The position numbers and the translations under genes were made by a program. A stretch of DNA of 64,000 nucleotides. It comes from Candidatus Poribacteria bacterium (GTDB taxonomy: Bacteria > Poribacteria > WGA-4E > WGA-3G). This document shows positions 51,004 through 62,285 of this stretch, piece after piece; within the stretch, counting starts at the first letter, position 1, and each line of letters begins with the position of its first letter. Where the stretch lies: positions 4,103,389 to 4,167,388 of the forward strand of contig CBDANF010000003.1 in NCBI GenBank assembly GCA_965197475.1, in the 5' to 3' direction. The notes beneath the pieces are model-generated. The model worked only from the letters and a program-made list of their open reading frames with translations, was not told the origin of the DNA and searched no databases.

Positions 51004-51888
51004 ATGCAATTAACTGAAAAACAACTTGTCCATTTCAAGGAAAACGGCTTTCTTGCAATTGATGGTTTTTTTACACCAGTTGAAGCAGATGCGCTTCGGC
51101 TTGAATTGGAACATATCTATAATACTGCACTCGAACAAGGAAGCGGCATCAACTGTGCAGTACAAGAGGATGGCACGAAACGCGACAACGAAGGTAAACG
51201 TCAGAACCTGCAGGTTATTCCCTTAAATAATCGCAGTGACTTGCACAAAGCTTTACCTTTTCATCCCAAAGTTGTATCCTCTGTTAAACAACTCATCGGT
51301 GATGAATTCATGTTGCAACTGGATCAAGCGTTCTGGAAGCCTCCGAAAGTCGGTGTTGGCACAAGTTGGCATCAGGATAACGCATATTTCAAAATTGCTG
51401 ACCCATTGCGCGGCACCGCTATGTGGATTGCCATTCACGATGCTAACGTTGAAAATGGATGTATACACGTAATTCCCGGCAGTCACCGTGAATCTTATGA
51501 ACACTACCGTGACCCGTTAAGCGATCACCACATTCGATGTGATCCACCTGAAGAACGTGCTGTGCCGATTGAATTAAAAGCGGGTGGCGTGCTCTTTTTC
51601 TGTTACGGCGTTGCGCACTGCACCAGATCAAATCTTTCCGATAAGGAACGCGCTGGAGTTGCACTGCACTTTATACACAACGATTTTGGTGGCAAGGGAC
51701 TCTGGGAAAGAAATAATGCAACCAAACCGATGATTTTAGGGCCCTTATCAACCGGTGGGGAAAAAGAGTTTGGCGAGAAGTTTGAAGGCAGATGGCAAGA
51801 AATAATGTACTTGCTTCAGCATAAATATTTTCCATCGACCTCGGTGATATTAAAAGATTGCCTTATTGCCTGGTTCAAAAAAACGTAA
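51004..51888 (+). CDS. Phytanoyl-CoA dioxygenase (PhyH) family protein
   Basis: FKENGF, WHQD, NGCIHVIPGSH, AHCT. Confidence 0.9.
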   Translation: MQLTEKQLVHFKENGFLAIDGFFTPVEADALRLELEHIYNTALEQGSGINCAVQEDGTKRDNEGKRQNLQVIPLNNRSDLHKALPFHPKVVSSVKQLIGDEFMLQLDQAFWKPPKVGVGTSWHQDNAYFKIADPLRGTAMWIAIHDANVENGCIHVIPGSHRESYEHYRDPLSDHHIRCDPPEERAVPIELKAGGVLFFCYGVAHCTRSNLSDKERAGVALHFIHNDFGGKGLWERNNATKPMILGPLSTGGEKEFGEKFEGRWQEIMYLLQHKYFPSTSVILKDCLIAWFKKT

Positions 51889-51899
51889 GGAGACAAAAA

Positions 51900-52239
51900 A
51901 TGGCAAGGATTGGACCAATGAATGTCAGCGTGGGTAACTATACATACCAATTTGTAGTTTATGATTTAGAGGGACCAATTTACAATGCCCCCTGGGGTCT
52001 ACATCTTTTCAAAAGTCCCATCCAATGCCCAAGGCGGAAATGGCACCCAATTCCTATACATTGGGCAAACAGAGGCTTTTAGAACGCGATTGAATCCAAA
52101 CCATGAAAAATGGGGTGAAGCTCTTGATCATGGTATGAATTGTATTTGGGTTTATGTGCCTCGACCTTCAGAATCCTGCTTTGATATTGAGCATCGTTTG
52201 ATTGCACAATTTAGACCACCACTCAACGATCAAAATTAG
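51900..52239 (+). pseudogene. Small stand-alone GIY-YIG nuclease, frameshifted in a C-run near 51990
   Basis: ATG 51900 with aaggag SD; GVYIF..LYIGQT..FRTRL..IEHRLI..PPLN. Confidence 0.7.
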
Positions 52240-52326
52240 CACAATTTATAGCTCAATGTCTCTGCAAAATGTAGAGAGAAAATTAGCAAACCGTTAAGCA
52301 ATCACGTAGAATTATATTTATCAGAA

Positions 52327-53271
52327 ATGCCCTACCAAAAAAGTCCTTACTTTGACACGCCACCACCAGAGAGCAAAATATGGAGGTACATGTCTATAGA
52401 TAAATTTATGGCAATGTTCAGTGAAGAATTGCTTTATTTTCCGAATATTTACGCATTCAATGACAGATACGAAGGAACACTATCGAATAAGTCCTTAGAA
52501 GAAGTCTATAAAACAAATTTATTAGATGAAGAAAACACACCAATAAAACAAGATGAGGTATTCTTCGAAGAAATAGACTTTTTGGAATCGCCTTTAGGAA
52601 AACGCGATAAAGAAGTGTTTTTAAAAGAACTACACTCCTTCCGAACATTACTATACGACTTTTCTAACTATCTCATGTTTTGTAACTGTTGGTTTATAAG
52701 AGATACTGAAAGCCATGCTATGTGGGCAGAATATGGAGACAAAAGCCCTACATCCATAGCCATTCAAACGACTATTAGCGATCTAATAGAAAGTGTTAAA
52801 TCTGTCAGTTATGATATTCATATAGGTAAGGTAAAATATAAAGACTATAAAACAGAATATATTGAAGGTTATGAAGATTTTTCATCACAAGACTTAAACA
52901 ATCCTAACAATGTGCTTGAATTATTTTACGCTCCAATTATGCATAAAAGAAAGATATATGAGGACGAACACGAAATCAGAGCAACTATTTCATTCGAATC
53001 TATCTGTAAACATTACTTAGATCGGCTCTATACATCAGAAATACCCTTTTACAGCGATAAAATGTTCAGAGAAGACACCCCATTCTCCCGACAATATGAT
53101 ACTAATCTAATGTGGAAGATACCTAAAGGAGTCCAAATCAGAACAAACTTGAATACGTTAATCAAAACTGTTGTAATATCTCATAATGCAAAGGAATATT
53201 TTCATAAGGCATTACGAGAGTTAATGTACAATTATTGGTTAACTCCGGAAATAATATATTCTGAAATATAA
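52327..53271 (+). CDS. DUF2971-like protein
   Basis: IWRYM..LYF..FNDRYEG, CNCW..ESHAMWAEYG, HKRKIYEDEHEIR; AT-rich. Confidence 0.65.
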   Translation: MPYQKSPYFDTPPPESKIWRYMSIDKFMAMFSEELLYFPNIYAFNDRYEGTLSNKSLEEVYKTNLLDEENTPIKQDEVFFEEIDFLESPLGKRDKEVFLKELHSFRTLLYDFSNYLMFCNCWFIRDTESHAMWAEYGDKSPTSIAIQTTISDLIESVKSVSYDIHIGKVKYKDYKTEYIEGYEDFSSQDLNNPNNVLELFYAPIMHKRKIYEDEHEIRATISFESICKHYLDRLYTSEIPFYSDKMFREDTPFSRQYDTNLMWKIPKGVQIRTNLNTLIKTVVISHNAKEYFHKALRELMYNYWLTPEIIYSEI

Positions 53272-53516
53272 AAGCCTCATACATCAAAAATATAGCGAAC
53301 CGTTAAGCAATGTCATATACCTCGTGCAAGACGCTATCAAAATGGGGGCGCGAAGTTAATACGCATATTGTTGTGAATACTGCTAATTCTGCGTATTAAT
53401 TTATAAAATATTCGTTATTGGGTGGTAAATAGGCATATATTCTTCTGAAGAACATTTTATGACCCAATTTTATTATGGTGATTGTTTGAGAATCATTGAA
53501 GAGGAGATACACAGAC

Positions 53517-54185
53517 GTGAACCAGGAACTTAAAGAACTTATCAAAGATTTTGCCACGAAAGAACACGATGGAATTCACAACAATCTGCTGGGTAAATCC
53601 AAACCTAACTTGGTTGCGATACTTCTAGACCTTCTCATGACTTATTTCAACGATTTGAACTCTTCTACTATGCGCGAGTTAGTTGTAGCATTAGTAGCAG
53701 GGTATGAACCCAACGAAGAAAAGCTAGGCTATAACGGTTTAAGACAGAATACGCTTACAGGAAAGGTCGACTACTGCGAAATCAAACCTCGTAATGTTCG
53801 CAGGAAATCCACAGCAAAGAACCCAGCTAAATTGGATGGCGGAGGTAATTTCACAGATTACAGTTGGGGAAAGTGCGAAAGACACCAAGAAGAAAATCCT
53901 AACATGTTGACTGCTGGATTTGTTGATGGGCAACTCATTTATATATTAGGGTTCAGTTTCAACGAACAAGGTTTCACATCCCGATTGCAAGAACAACTTG
54001 AACGCCGTTTTCCTCAAGGCGATAAAAGTGGTGAATATCTGCGAAGCGCATCCTTTACATATATGCATTACAAGGACGCAGAGAGCCTAAAAACAATTTT
54101 TATAGTACCGAGGGCTGAACTCGACAAAGTACGGGAGCACATATCTGGTCCCTTCTTCCAATATTTGGAGGAGATATCAAGATGA
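53517..54185 (+). CDS. Putative type II restriction endonuclease
   Basis: GYNG..CEIKP motif; ATGA overlap with the MTase; GTG start with gaggag SD. Confidence 0.6.
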   Translation: MNQELKELIKDFATKEHDGIHNNLLGKSKPNLVAILLDLLMTYFNDLNSSTMRELVVALVAGYEPNEEKLGYNGLRQNTLTGKVDYCEIKPRNVRRKSTAKNPAKLDGGGNFTDYSWGKCERHQEENPNMLTAGFVDGQLIYILGFSFNEQGFTSRLQEQLERRFPQGDKSGEYLRSASFTYMHYKDAESLKTIFIVPRAELDKVREHISGPFFQYLEEISR

Positions 54186-55135
54186 ATATTACTAACCAAC
54201 ACCTTCTTAATGATAACTTGCTAGAGAGCAAGCGAATTACAGAGGATACGCTTGGAGAAGGCAAACTCATTGAAGGCGACACCCTGAGCGTTCTGCATAA
54301 GATAGATGATGATGTCATCAATGTAGGCATAACTTCACCTCCATATAATAAGCAAGAAAAGCAGAAAGGTTGGCTTGTAAAAAATGTGGTGTATGATGTA
54401 TATAAAGATGTCATGCCGGAACCGAAATATCAGCAGAACCAAGTAAATGTTCTTGATGAGATTTACCGTGTAACCGCCCCTGGGGGATCGTTTTTCTACA
54501 ATCATAAAATAAGGTGGGATAGAGGCAACATGTATCATCCTATGGACTGGTTGCGAAAAACAAAGTGGACGGTAAAACAGGAAATCATCTGGGACAGGAT
54601 GATCGCCGGAAACATACGTGGTTGGCGGTTTTGGCAAGTGGAAGAACGTATCTATTGGCTGTATAAGCCAATAGGGAATTACTTGATTGGCAAGGAATTG
54701 GAATCGAAGGATGCAAAGTTTACATCGATATGGCGCGGTGTGCCTGAAAATGGAAAAAAGAATCCGCATCCTGCCCCGTTTCCCCTCTGGTTGCCAGCTC
54801 GTGTGATTATATCAATATTAGGAACAGAGACACAAGGCATTGTGTTAGATCCCTACATTGGCAGCGGCACTACTGCAGTTGCAGCAAAACTTTTAGGACA
54901 TAAATATATAGGCATTGACAGAAGCGATGCTTATATAAAAATGACGTGTGACAGATTAGATAATCCTCGCAGTGAAATGCCTAAAATCCAAGAGGAACTC
55001 GCGTTGCATGTGGTGGATACATCCTTTAAGGAACGGAAAGCAAAAGGCAAGAATGTAGGGAAATTTCGCCCCACAGATGAAAATGACATTGAACAACTGC
55101 AATTACTAGAAACCCAAAATAAGAATAACGAATGA
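54182..55135 (+). CDS. Beta-class N4-cytosine/N6-adenine DNA methyltransferase
   Basis: TSPPYN, HPAPFP, LDPYIGSGTT. Confidence 0.92.
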   Translation: MNITNQHLLNDNLLESKRITEDTLGEGKLIEGDTLSVLHKIDDDVINVGITSPPYNKQEKQKGWLVKNVVYDVYKDVMPEPKYQQNQVNVLDEIYRVTAPGGSFFYNHKIRWDRGNMYHPMDWLRKTKWTVKQEIIWDRMIAGNIRGWRFWQVEERIYWLYKPIGNYLIGKELESKDAKFTSIWRGVPENGKKNPHPAPFPLWLPARVIISILGTETQGIVLDPYIGSGTTAVAAKLLGHKYIGIDRSDAYIKMTCDRLDNPRSEMPKIQEELALHVVDTSFKERKAKGKNVGKFRPTDENDIEQLQLLETQNKNNE

Positions 55136-55496
55136 ACCACCCACATCTCGTGCCCTGGTTAAGTCACTTCTACTCAATTCATCATGCTGTTGAATTTGTT
55201 CGCAGCACGACCTAAAACTAATCAAAATATACAAAACTTTTCGGAATAAGTAGTTTCGGACATTAGATTTCTCATTTTTTTCTCCACTTTTTTCAAAATT
55301 CCCACCTTTAACTTGACATTCCCCTTCTTAAAATTGTAGAATTCTTAACAGACCAAACTATAACACCATTGGACTATGGGTATCCCATATCTAATGTAAG
55401 TTAGGTGTTATGGTTTGGTCACCAGGGATGCCCACTTCTTTTGTGGAGAAGTTGGGATTTACTGGATGACCAAACCTACAATTTAAGGGGTACAAT

Positions 55497-55784
55497 ATGA
55501 TAATTTTCAGTGTCTTTGTTATCATCGTAGTATTTTTTATGGTAACACATCTTCGAGCTGACAAAGAAAAGATGGATCAATCAAGCGATGAACATACTAA
55601 AAAGATGTGGAAAATGTATGTTAATGCTATTGAAAACGAACATTTCCTGTATCCACTCACTTCAGATTTAAGAAATTGGGTTCTTTCCAATCAAGAATTC
55701 GGGTGGACTACCCTCGACACTTCAATGCCAAAAGAAATCCGACATCAGTTTGGCGTGTTTATAATCGAACATACCAACAAATAG
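55497..55784 (+). CDS. Passenger: small protein with N-terminal TM helix
   Basis: 95-aa ORF with hydrophobic N-terminus, aagggg SD. Confidence 0.55.
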   Translation: MIIFSVFVIIVVFFMVTHLRADKEKMDQSSDEHTKKMWKMYVNAIENEHFLYPLTSDLRNWVLSNQEFGWTTLDTSMPKEIRHQFGVFIIEHTNK

Positions 55785-55795
55785 GGAAGAAAACC

Positions 55796-56080
55796 ATGAA
55801 ATCCACCAGACAAGCAGCTGAGTTAATCCGACTTAGCCTCAATGAATTCAGAACAGGTAATTTTGTTGATGCCCTCGCTTATGTAGAAACAGCATTAGAA
55901 ATTAACCCCAAAGATGTCCGTGCCTTACAGATTCGACCACTTTGTAAATGCTGTTTGATCGTTGAAAGCGGTGCAATTCCACCAAATCTCCAAACTGATA
56001 TACAAAATATCATCTCAGATTTAAAAGTATCAATAGAAACTTTAGACGATATGATTAGGGTTGCTCGGACGAACACTTAA
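55796..56080 (+). CDS. Passenger: small single-TPR-like protein
   Basis: GNFVDALAYVETALEINPKD TPR-like segment. Confidence 0.55.
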   Translation: MKSTRQAAELIRLSLNEFRTGNFVDALAYVETALEINPKDVRALQIRPLCKCCLIVESGAIPPNLQTDIQNIISDLKVSIETLDDMIRVARTNT

Positions 56081-57438
56081 TTTTTTCGGATATATTCCCT
56101 AAATCTTCCATTCCATATTGCTTTAATTGGTTCAATAGGTCTACCATCTGTTTTTTTTTACAGGTAGGCGGGCCTTTTTGTTTCCACATTCTTGGCAGAC
56201 TTGTTTTTCTTTAGTCATTTTTTCACCTCATACTTTCATTAACAAATTTCCAGAATATGCTATCCACATTCCGGTAGTTATATTTATAGCAAGCCTCAGC
56301 CACATATAGCGGGATATACCCAGTAGAGTAGTGGTGATGCTGTCCATACCATGCGCGTTTCAACAACGCCCAAAAACCTTCAATAGTGTTCGTGTGGGTA
56401 TCCCCATCAGCGAACTGTTCTTTGTGATTGATAACCCGATGTTTTATCTGCTTTCCGATCTCATTGTAAGCAGCATATTCATCGGTTATCAGTTCGGATT
56501 CATCTATTTTGACAGCATCCCGAATAAACGCCAGGATACCCCTTCCCGTTAAATCATCAGCAAGTTTAGCTACTACCTTACCTCCACGCTCAACTGCGCC
56601 AAGAATAGCGGATTTTGATGTTCCCCTTCCTCTTTTGGCGGGTTCATCGTCCTCGCGCTTGTTCTTTTTCCGAGGTTTGCCCCCTATATAAGTCTCATCT
56701 GCCTCAATAATACCCTTCAGCAGAGTTTGACCTTTAGTAGCCATTTCAGCACGAATGCGTTGCATCATAAACCAAGCCGTCTTCTGATTCAGGTCTAAAT
56801 CACGACTCAACTGATAACTGGACAAGCTCTTCTTTGCGTTTCCCATTAGTGAAATAGCCAGAAACCACTTTTGAAGTGCGATCTTAGCCCCGTGAAACAC
56901 TGTGCCTTGAGTAACCTTGAAGGTTGCCTTACAACCATTACAATTCCAACGACCAATCCGACCAGTTGCCGTCTCATTACGCCTGAAAACATCGGTAATC
57001 CCACAATGTGGGCAATGAGGCTTACCTTTCCATCGTATCTTCTCAAGATACTCAATACAGGATGACTGGTCTGGGAATCTCTCCATAACCTTGATTAAAT
57101 CCATCAGAATACTCCTATATGTCAAAAGGAGTTGCTTTATTCTGAAAGATTGTGCTATACTATCTTAATATGATATAGATAAGATAGAACTTAGAAAAAG
57201 CAACTCCGCTTTTTCGGTTCAATAGGGGGTGTCCGCCCCCTATTTTCTTGCCTATATTATACCATTTCTTACCATTTAAATCAAGGAAAAAGTCAATAAC
57301 CATCTACATTTACAGCACTTTTCTACTTTTTCTTGATTAACTTCCTTTTTAATGCTTTAATTGTTAAGCGATTGTTAAGCGATTGTTAAGCGATTGTTAG
57401 ACCACCTCTTTTAACTCAAATAAAAGGAGGTGATAGTT

Positions 57439-57561
57439 ATGTATAACCAAAATAATCAGTTCCTGCTCAACGAAATAAAAGCAGGACAAAACGTGATAGA
57501 ATCGCGTTTAATTATGATGATTATTGAAAATTATCTACTTAAGATTAAACACAATCTATAA
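57439..57561 (+). CDS. Passenger: 40-aa small ORF (absent from the ORF track)
   Basis: MYNQNNQFLLNEIKAGQNVIESRLIMMIIENYLLKIKHNL*; strong SD aaggaggtga. Confidence 0.45.
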   Translation: MYNQNNQFLLNEIKAGQNVIESRLIMMIIENYLLKIKHNL

Positions 57562-57678
57562 CCAATTCCCATCAAAAGAAATGGTCTAACAATTATCTTC
57601 CTCGTCAGGAAGCCCTTACGATGTCAGTCTATGTCTGATTTTATGCTGTTTTTCTTATGTCCAAAACTACTTATTCCG

Positions 57679-58857
57679 AAAGTTTTTAGAGATATTTATT
57701 TCTCAAAAAGCGAGTGAACAGTCTGGTGAACCTGTTGAATGTCCCGAACATCAGGAAGCGTGTCGTCCGTGGTGTAAAAGAGAGCGGCGTATTACGACCT
57801 TGTGTGGTGTTATCCGTGTAAAACGTTGGGTGTATCGTTGTCCTTGTGGTCATAATCATGTGCCGTTTGATACCAAACAGAAGTTGCGAGGTCAATGGAC
57901 GCATCGTGTTGCTGAGGCGATGTGTCGTTTGGCGGCACTTCTTGACTTTAGAGAAGCGTCAGAAGAGTTATCTCGTCAGGGAATAGAAGTCCGCCACACG
58001 ACACTTCATCAAAAAGTGTGTGAGTGGTCAGAAGATTTGAGCGTTTGTGAACAAGTGGAAACCCAAAAGCTTGTAGAAAATCAGCGATGGTATGTGAGTT
58101 GTGATGGCTGTCGGACGAACTCGCTGGATGGTTGGAAAGAAGTAAAAGTTGGTTGTATTTATAGGGATTATCCGCAACAAGGTTCTGGGGCGATACCGAG
58201 TGCCAGAACATCCAGTATCCGTTATGTTGCGTCTCGTCCTGATGTGGCACATTTTGGTAAAGAGTTGTTTGCGTTAGCGACAAACAGCGGTATCTATCAA
58301 GAAGCTATAGATACCCAGGAGATTGTGTTTATTGGCGATGGTGCTGCGTGGATATGGAACTTAGCCGATGAACACTTCCCCAATGCGGTTGAGATTGTGG
58401 ATTACAGGCAGGCCAAATCTCATCTGTATGATGTTGCCAAACACGCATTTGGTGAGACTGAAATAGAAGCGATTGGTGCGTGGATAAAAGCGACGGAACC
58501 GCATCTTTTTGATGGCCACATCACAGAAGTGGTCGCACGCATCCGCACCTTAGGAGCACAGAACCCGGAAGTTTCGGATATTTTAGAAATAGAAGCGAAG
58601 TATTTCGAAAAACACGCGAAGCATATGCGGTATCAAGCGTTTAGAGAAAAAGGATATCAGATTGGCAGTGGTGTGATTGAGAGTGCCTGTAAACATGTTG
58701 TCGGGCAAAGATGTAAACAGGCTTCTATGAGGCGAGAGAAACCGGGTATCAACGCTGTACTTGGGTGGCGATGTTTGTAAAAGAATAATGCTTGGGATAG
58801 TTATTGGTATCTAAACACAAAGCCGCATAATCTTTGTACAAAAACTTTACACACCCG
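57679..58857 (+). mobile_element. ISKra4/UPF0236-like transposase remnant, 5'-truncated, with a premature stop at 58778
   Basis: SCDG..WKEVKVG, IGDGAAWIW, IVDY..A..HL, IGSGVIESACKHVV; end ..acacacccg. Confidence 0.8.
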
Positions 58858-60247
58858 TTTCACCAGATGGTAAAACACTTGCGATTGCAAGAGATGAAAA
58901 CAATATAGCGATTGAGTTGTGGACACAAATACTGGTGAACAAAAAGTTAGCCTTGAGGGATATACGGTTGAAATTGATGCTGTGGCATTTGCACCGGATG
59001 ATGTCACATTGGCAAGTGCAGGTCAAGATGGCACAATTCGATTGTGGAACACAAAAACGGGGACACAGCTTACAACTCTTGAAGACCATCCGGAAAGTAT
59101 TGGCTCAATTGCATTTTCACTGGATGGGGAGATGCTTGCGGTTACTGGAGGTAAGAAGAATACGTCAGTAGGACTATGGGATGTGAATACGCGGAAAATA
59201 GTTGCTACTTTAGAAAAAAAGATGTTGTCCGTAACGTTCTCTCCAAATGGCAACACCTTAGTATGCGCGAATGAAAATGAAATTTGGTTTTAGGATATGG
59301 AAACACAGAACTACACTAACAATTGAAAAAGGTCTGCTCACCTCTGTACCGCTTTCACCTGACAGCAAAGTATTTGCAATTGAACGTAAAAATGGAACTA
59401 CTCATCTGTGGGATATTGCTACTGCTCAGAGACTCCATACTCTTAAAGGTGAGGCAGGCAAAGTATTACCTCTCGCGTTTTCTGCTGATGGTAAGATGTA
59501 TGCCAGCAAAAGTGGTAAATACACAATCCAATTGTGGCACACCGATACAGGTGAACCAGGTGCCATGCTTCAAGGTGATATATCAAGTTACCTTCATGTA
59601 GCATTTACACCAGATGGTGCAATACTTGCCTGCACTGGGCAATTCAATATTCTATTGTGGAATACCCACACTGGCGAACTACACCATAAACTTGCAGGGC
59701 ATTTTGGGAGTATTAATTCGATAGTTTTTTCTCCAGACAGCACCATGTTGGCAAGCGCGGGGAAGGATGGTCTTCCAACCCCATCAGAGTATGGCGAAAT
59801 ATGACCACTCGTTTGTGGGATACAGAGACAGGTCAACTTCTCTCAACTCTTACATGGGACGCAGTTCCTGACCGCTTTGCTTCTGATACAGTTGAGAATC
59901 TTACTTTTTCTCCGGATGGTAAAACTCTCGTGTGTGCAGGTTCAGGACGGTTCCAATTGTGGGATGCACATGCTCGTGGTGTCAACAGACAACCCTTATC
60001 CATTTTCGCGGACATTTATGCTGATACTATTGCTTTTTCACCAGATGGTAAAACACTTGCAATTGGATGGAGTCCTATACGGTTATTTGATATAGAAACT
60101 GGCAAACTCCGATTAGCACTCGCGGAGCATCCACATCCAATTACGTCTTTGGTCTTTTCTTCGGATGGAAAAACACTCGCAAGTAGTGGAGGTGGCATTG
60201 TTGTCCTTTGGGATTGGCATAAAATCGCACAACCAAAAAATAACTAA
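58858..60247 (+). pseudogene. WD40-repeat protein fragment with multiple frameshifts, 5' end lost at the IS boundary
   Basis: FSPDGKTLA / LASAG.DGTIRLW repeats spread over several frames. Confidence 0.8.
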
Positions 60248-60314
60248 CGGCTACTCCAACGCTACTTTGATATAGAAAACTTATTTCAAATAATTGTATT
60301 CGACGTGAAAATCA

Positions 60315-62220
60315 ATGAATCAGGAGACTCCAATTATGAAAAAGACTCGTTGCCTTTTCTATCTGATCCTATTGTTACTTATGTTCTTTGTGCTTCAAAG
60401 TGCTTTAGCCAGCGGACGGATATTACCCAGAGGTGCTAAAACTTTTCTTGGTGACAATATGAAAGACGAAAGTAACTTCAAACTCATGTATTCACCTGAT
60501 GGCACACGTCTTGCGGTGGTAAATAAAACAGTTGTCTTGTTGTACGATACGGTTACTTATGAAAATATTGCAATGCTTTCCGGGCATGCTGATCGGATTC
60601 ATTCTGTTGCCTTCTCACCTGATAGCCGCTTATTTGCCAGTGCGAGCTGGGATATTCGATTATGGGATGTGCAAATTGGTGAACACATTCAAACTCTTAC
60701 GGGACATCCTGCGAGAGTTCATTCCATCACATTTTCGCCAGATAGCAAAACACTTGCCAGCGCGAGTTGGGACATTCGATTGTGGAACACCGATACAGGT
60801 AAACACCGTGTTACACTCACGGGACATGAGGGCAATCTTTATTCAACTGTTATAGCATTTTCACCAGATGGCAAAACACTTGCAAGTGGAGGGCGGAACA
60901 GCAACATCAGGTTATGGGATGTCCAAACAGGTAAACACCGTGCTACGCTCACTGAACGAATTGATATGGTTTCCTCTATCGAATTTCACCTGATGGACGC
61001 TTCGTCGCTGCAAATTTGATTAGGGAGCTTCATTTGTGGAGTACTGCGACCAACCCTTCTATACCTTTAAAGAACTCAATTCGTTCCAATATATTCTCTC
61101 CAGATGGGCAGATGCTCGCTACCTCTGGGAACGATATCACACATTTGATGGAAAAGGATACAACACTGCTCAATTATGGGATGTAAACACACACGAACTT
61201 CTCCATATTCTCTCAGGTTTCACATTTACGTATTCACCAGATGGCAATACACTTGCAATTTCAAATAATTATGGCACAGTACGATTATGGGACATTCAAA
61301 CGGGCAGATCACGCTATAGTTTTGAAAAACAGAAATATTCTTCTTATTCTACCTCTACGGCATTCTCACCGGATGGTAAAACGTTCGCCATTTGCAGAGG
61401 ACATGATATTCAATTTTGGGATATACGCACCTTGCAATTACGTAAAACTCTCAGTGCGCGCATTGACGGTATTGGTGCTGTGGCGTTTTCACCAGAAAAA
61501 ACAATGCTTGCAAGTGCAAATCCAGATGAGACAATTTGGTTGTGGCACATACCTACCAGAAAACACATCGCTACTTTCGTAGGACATACAAAAGGAATAA
61601 CCACCCTAAAATTTTCACCTGATGGGACTAAACTTTTTAGCGTAAGTGATGACAGGACAACTCAATTATGGAATACAAACGAACGCGGTATCGTTACACA
61701 GTCCACTATTCTCACAAGAGAAACTTGTTCGGTAGCATTCTCAAAGGACGGTGTGAGACTCGTTACTAGAGACGATAATGGCAAAATCCACTTCTGGAAT
61801 CCTCAAACGCAAAAACACTTGATAACCCTTAAGGCTCATAAAGGGCAGGTTACATCTTTAACATTTACTTCGGATGGCAGGACGCTTGCAAGTGGAGGGC
61901 GAGACAACAGAATATATCTTTGGAAGGCGGATAACCGTGGCATTTTTCGCAAACAGCGTACTAAGTTCAGACTACACACAGACGCTATTTCTGCCTTAGT
62001 ATTTTCATCGGATAACAAGATGCTTGCCAGCGCAAGTGACGATGGTACAATACGGATATTGAAACTACACAACGGCACACAACAGACTATTTCAATAGGA
62101 CACACAAATTCTATCACGTCTTTACTTTTTTCCAAAGACAGCAATACACTTGCCAGTGGTGAGGGTTCTACAATTTATTTCTGGAGATGGGAGATTATCT
62201 CCCAAGTAGAAGAAAAGTGA
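60315..62220 (+). pseudogene. Secreted WD40-repeat protein, frameshifted around 60985-61130
   Basis: Signal peptide, LPRGAK..LG start, GH..V.S..FSPD..LAS repeats in two ORFs. Confidence 0.8.
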
Positions 62221-62285
62221 TTCCTATGTAATTATTAGGTAAGATCACTATACCACATCATGCACAAATAGTACCAATTAACTTC

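Larger units (their letters stand above)
55242..57678 (-). mobile_element. IS1595-family element 2 carrying passenger genes (transposase 56223-57104)
   Basis: IRs cggaataagtagttt(c/t)ggacat; flanks aaactttt / aaagtttt; transposase EADETYIGG, ITDEY, HTNTIEGFW. Confidence 0.88.
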
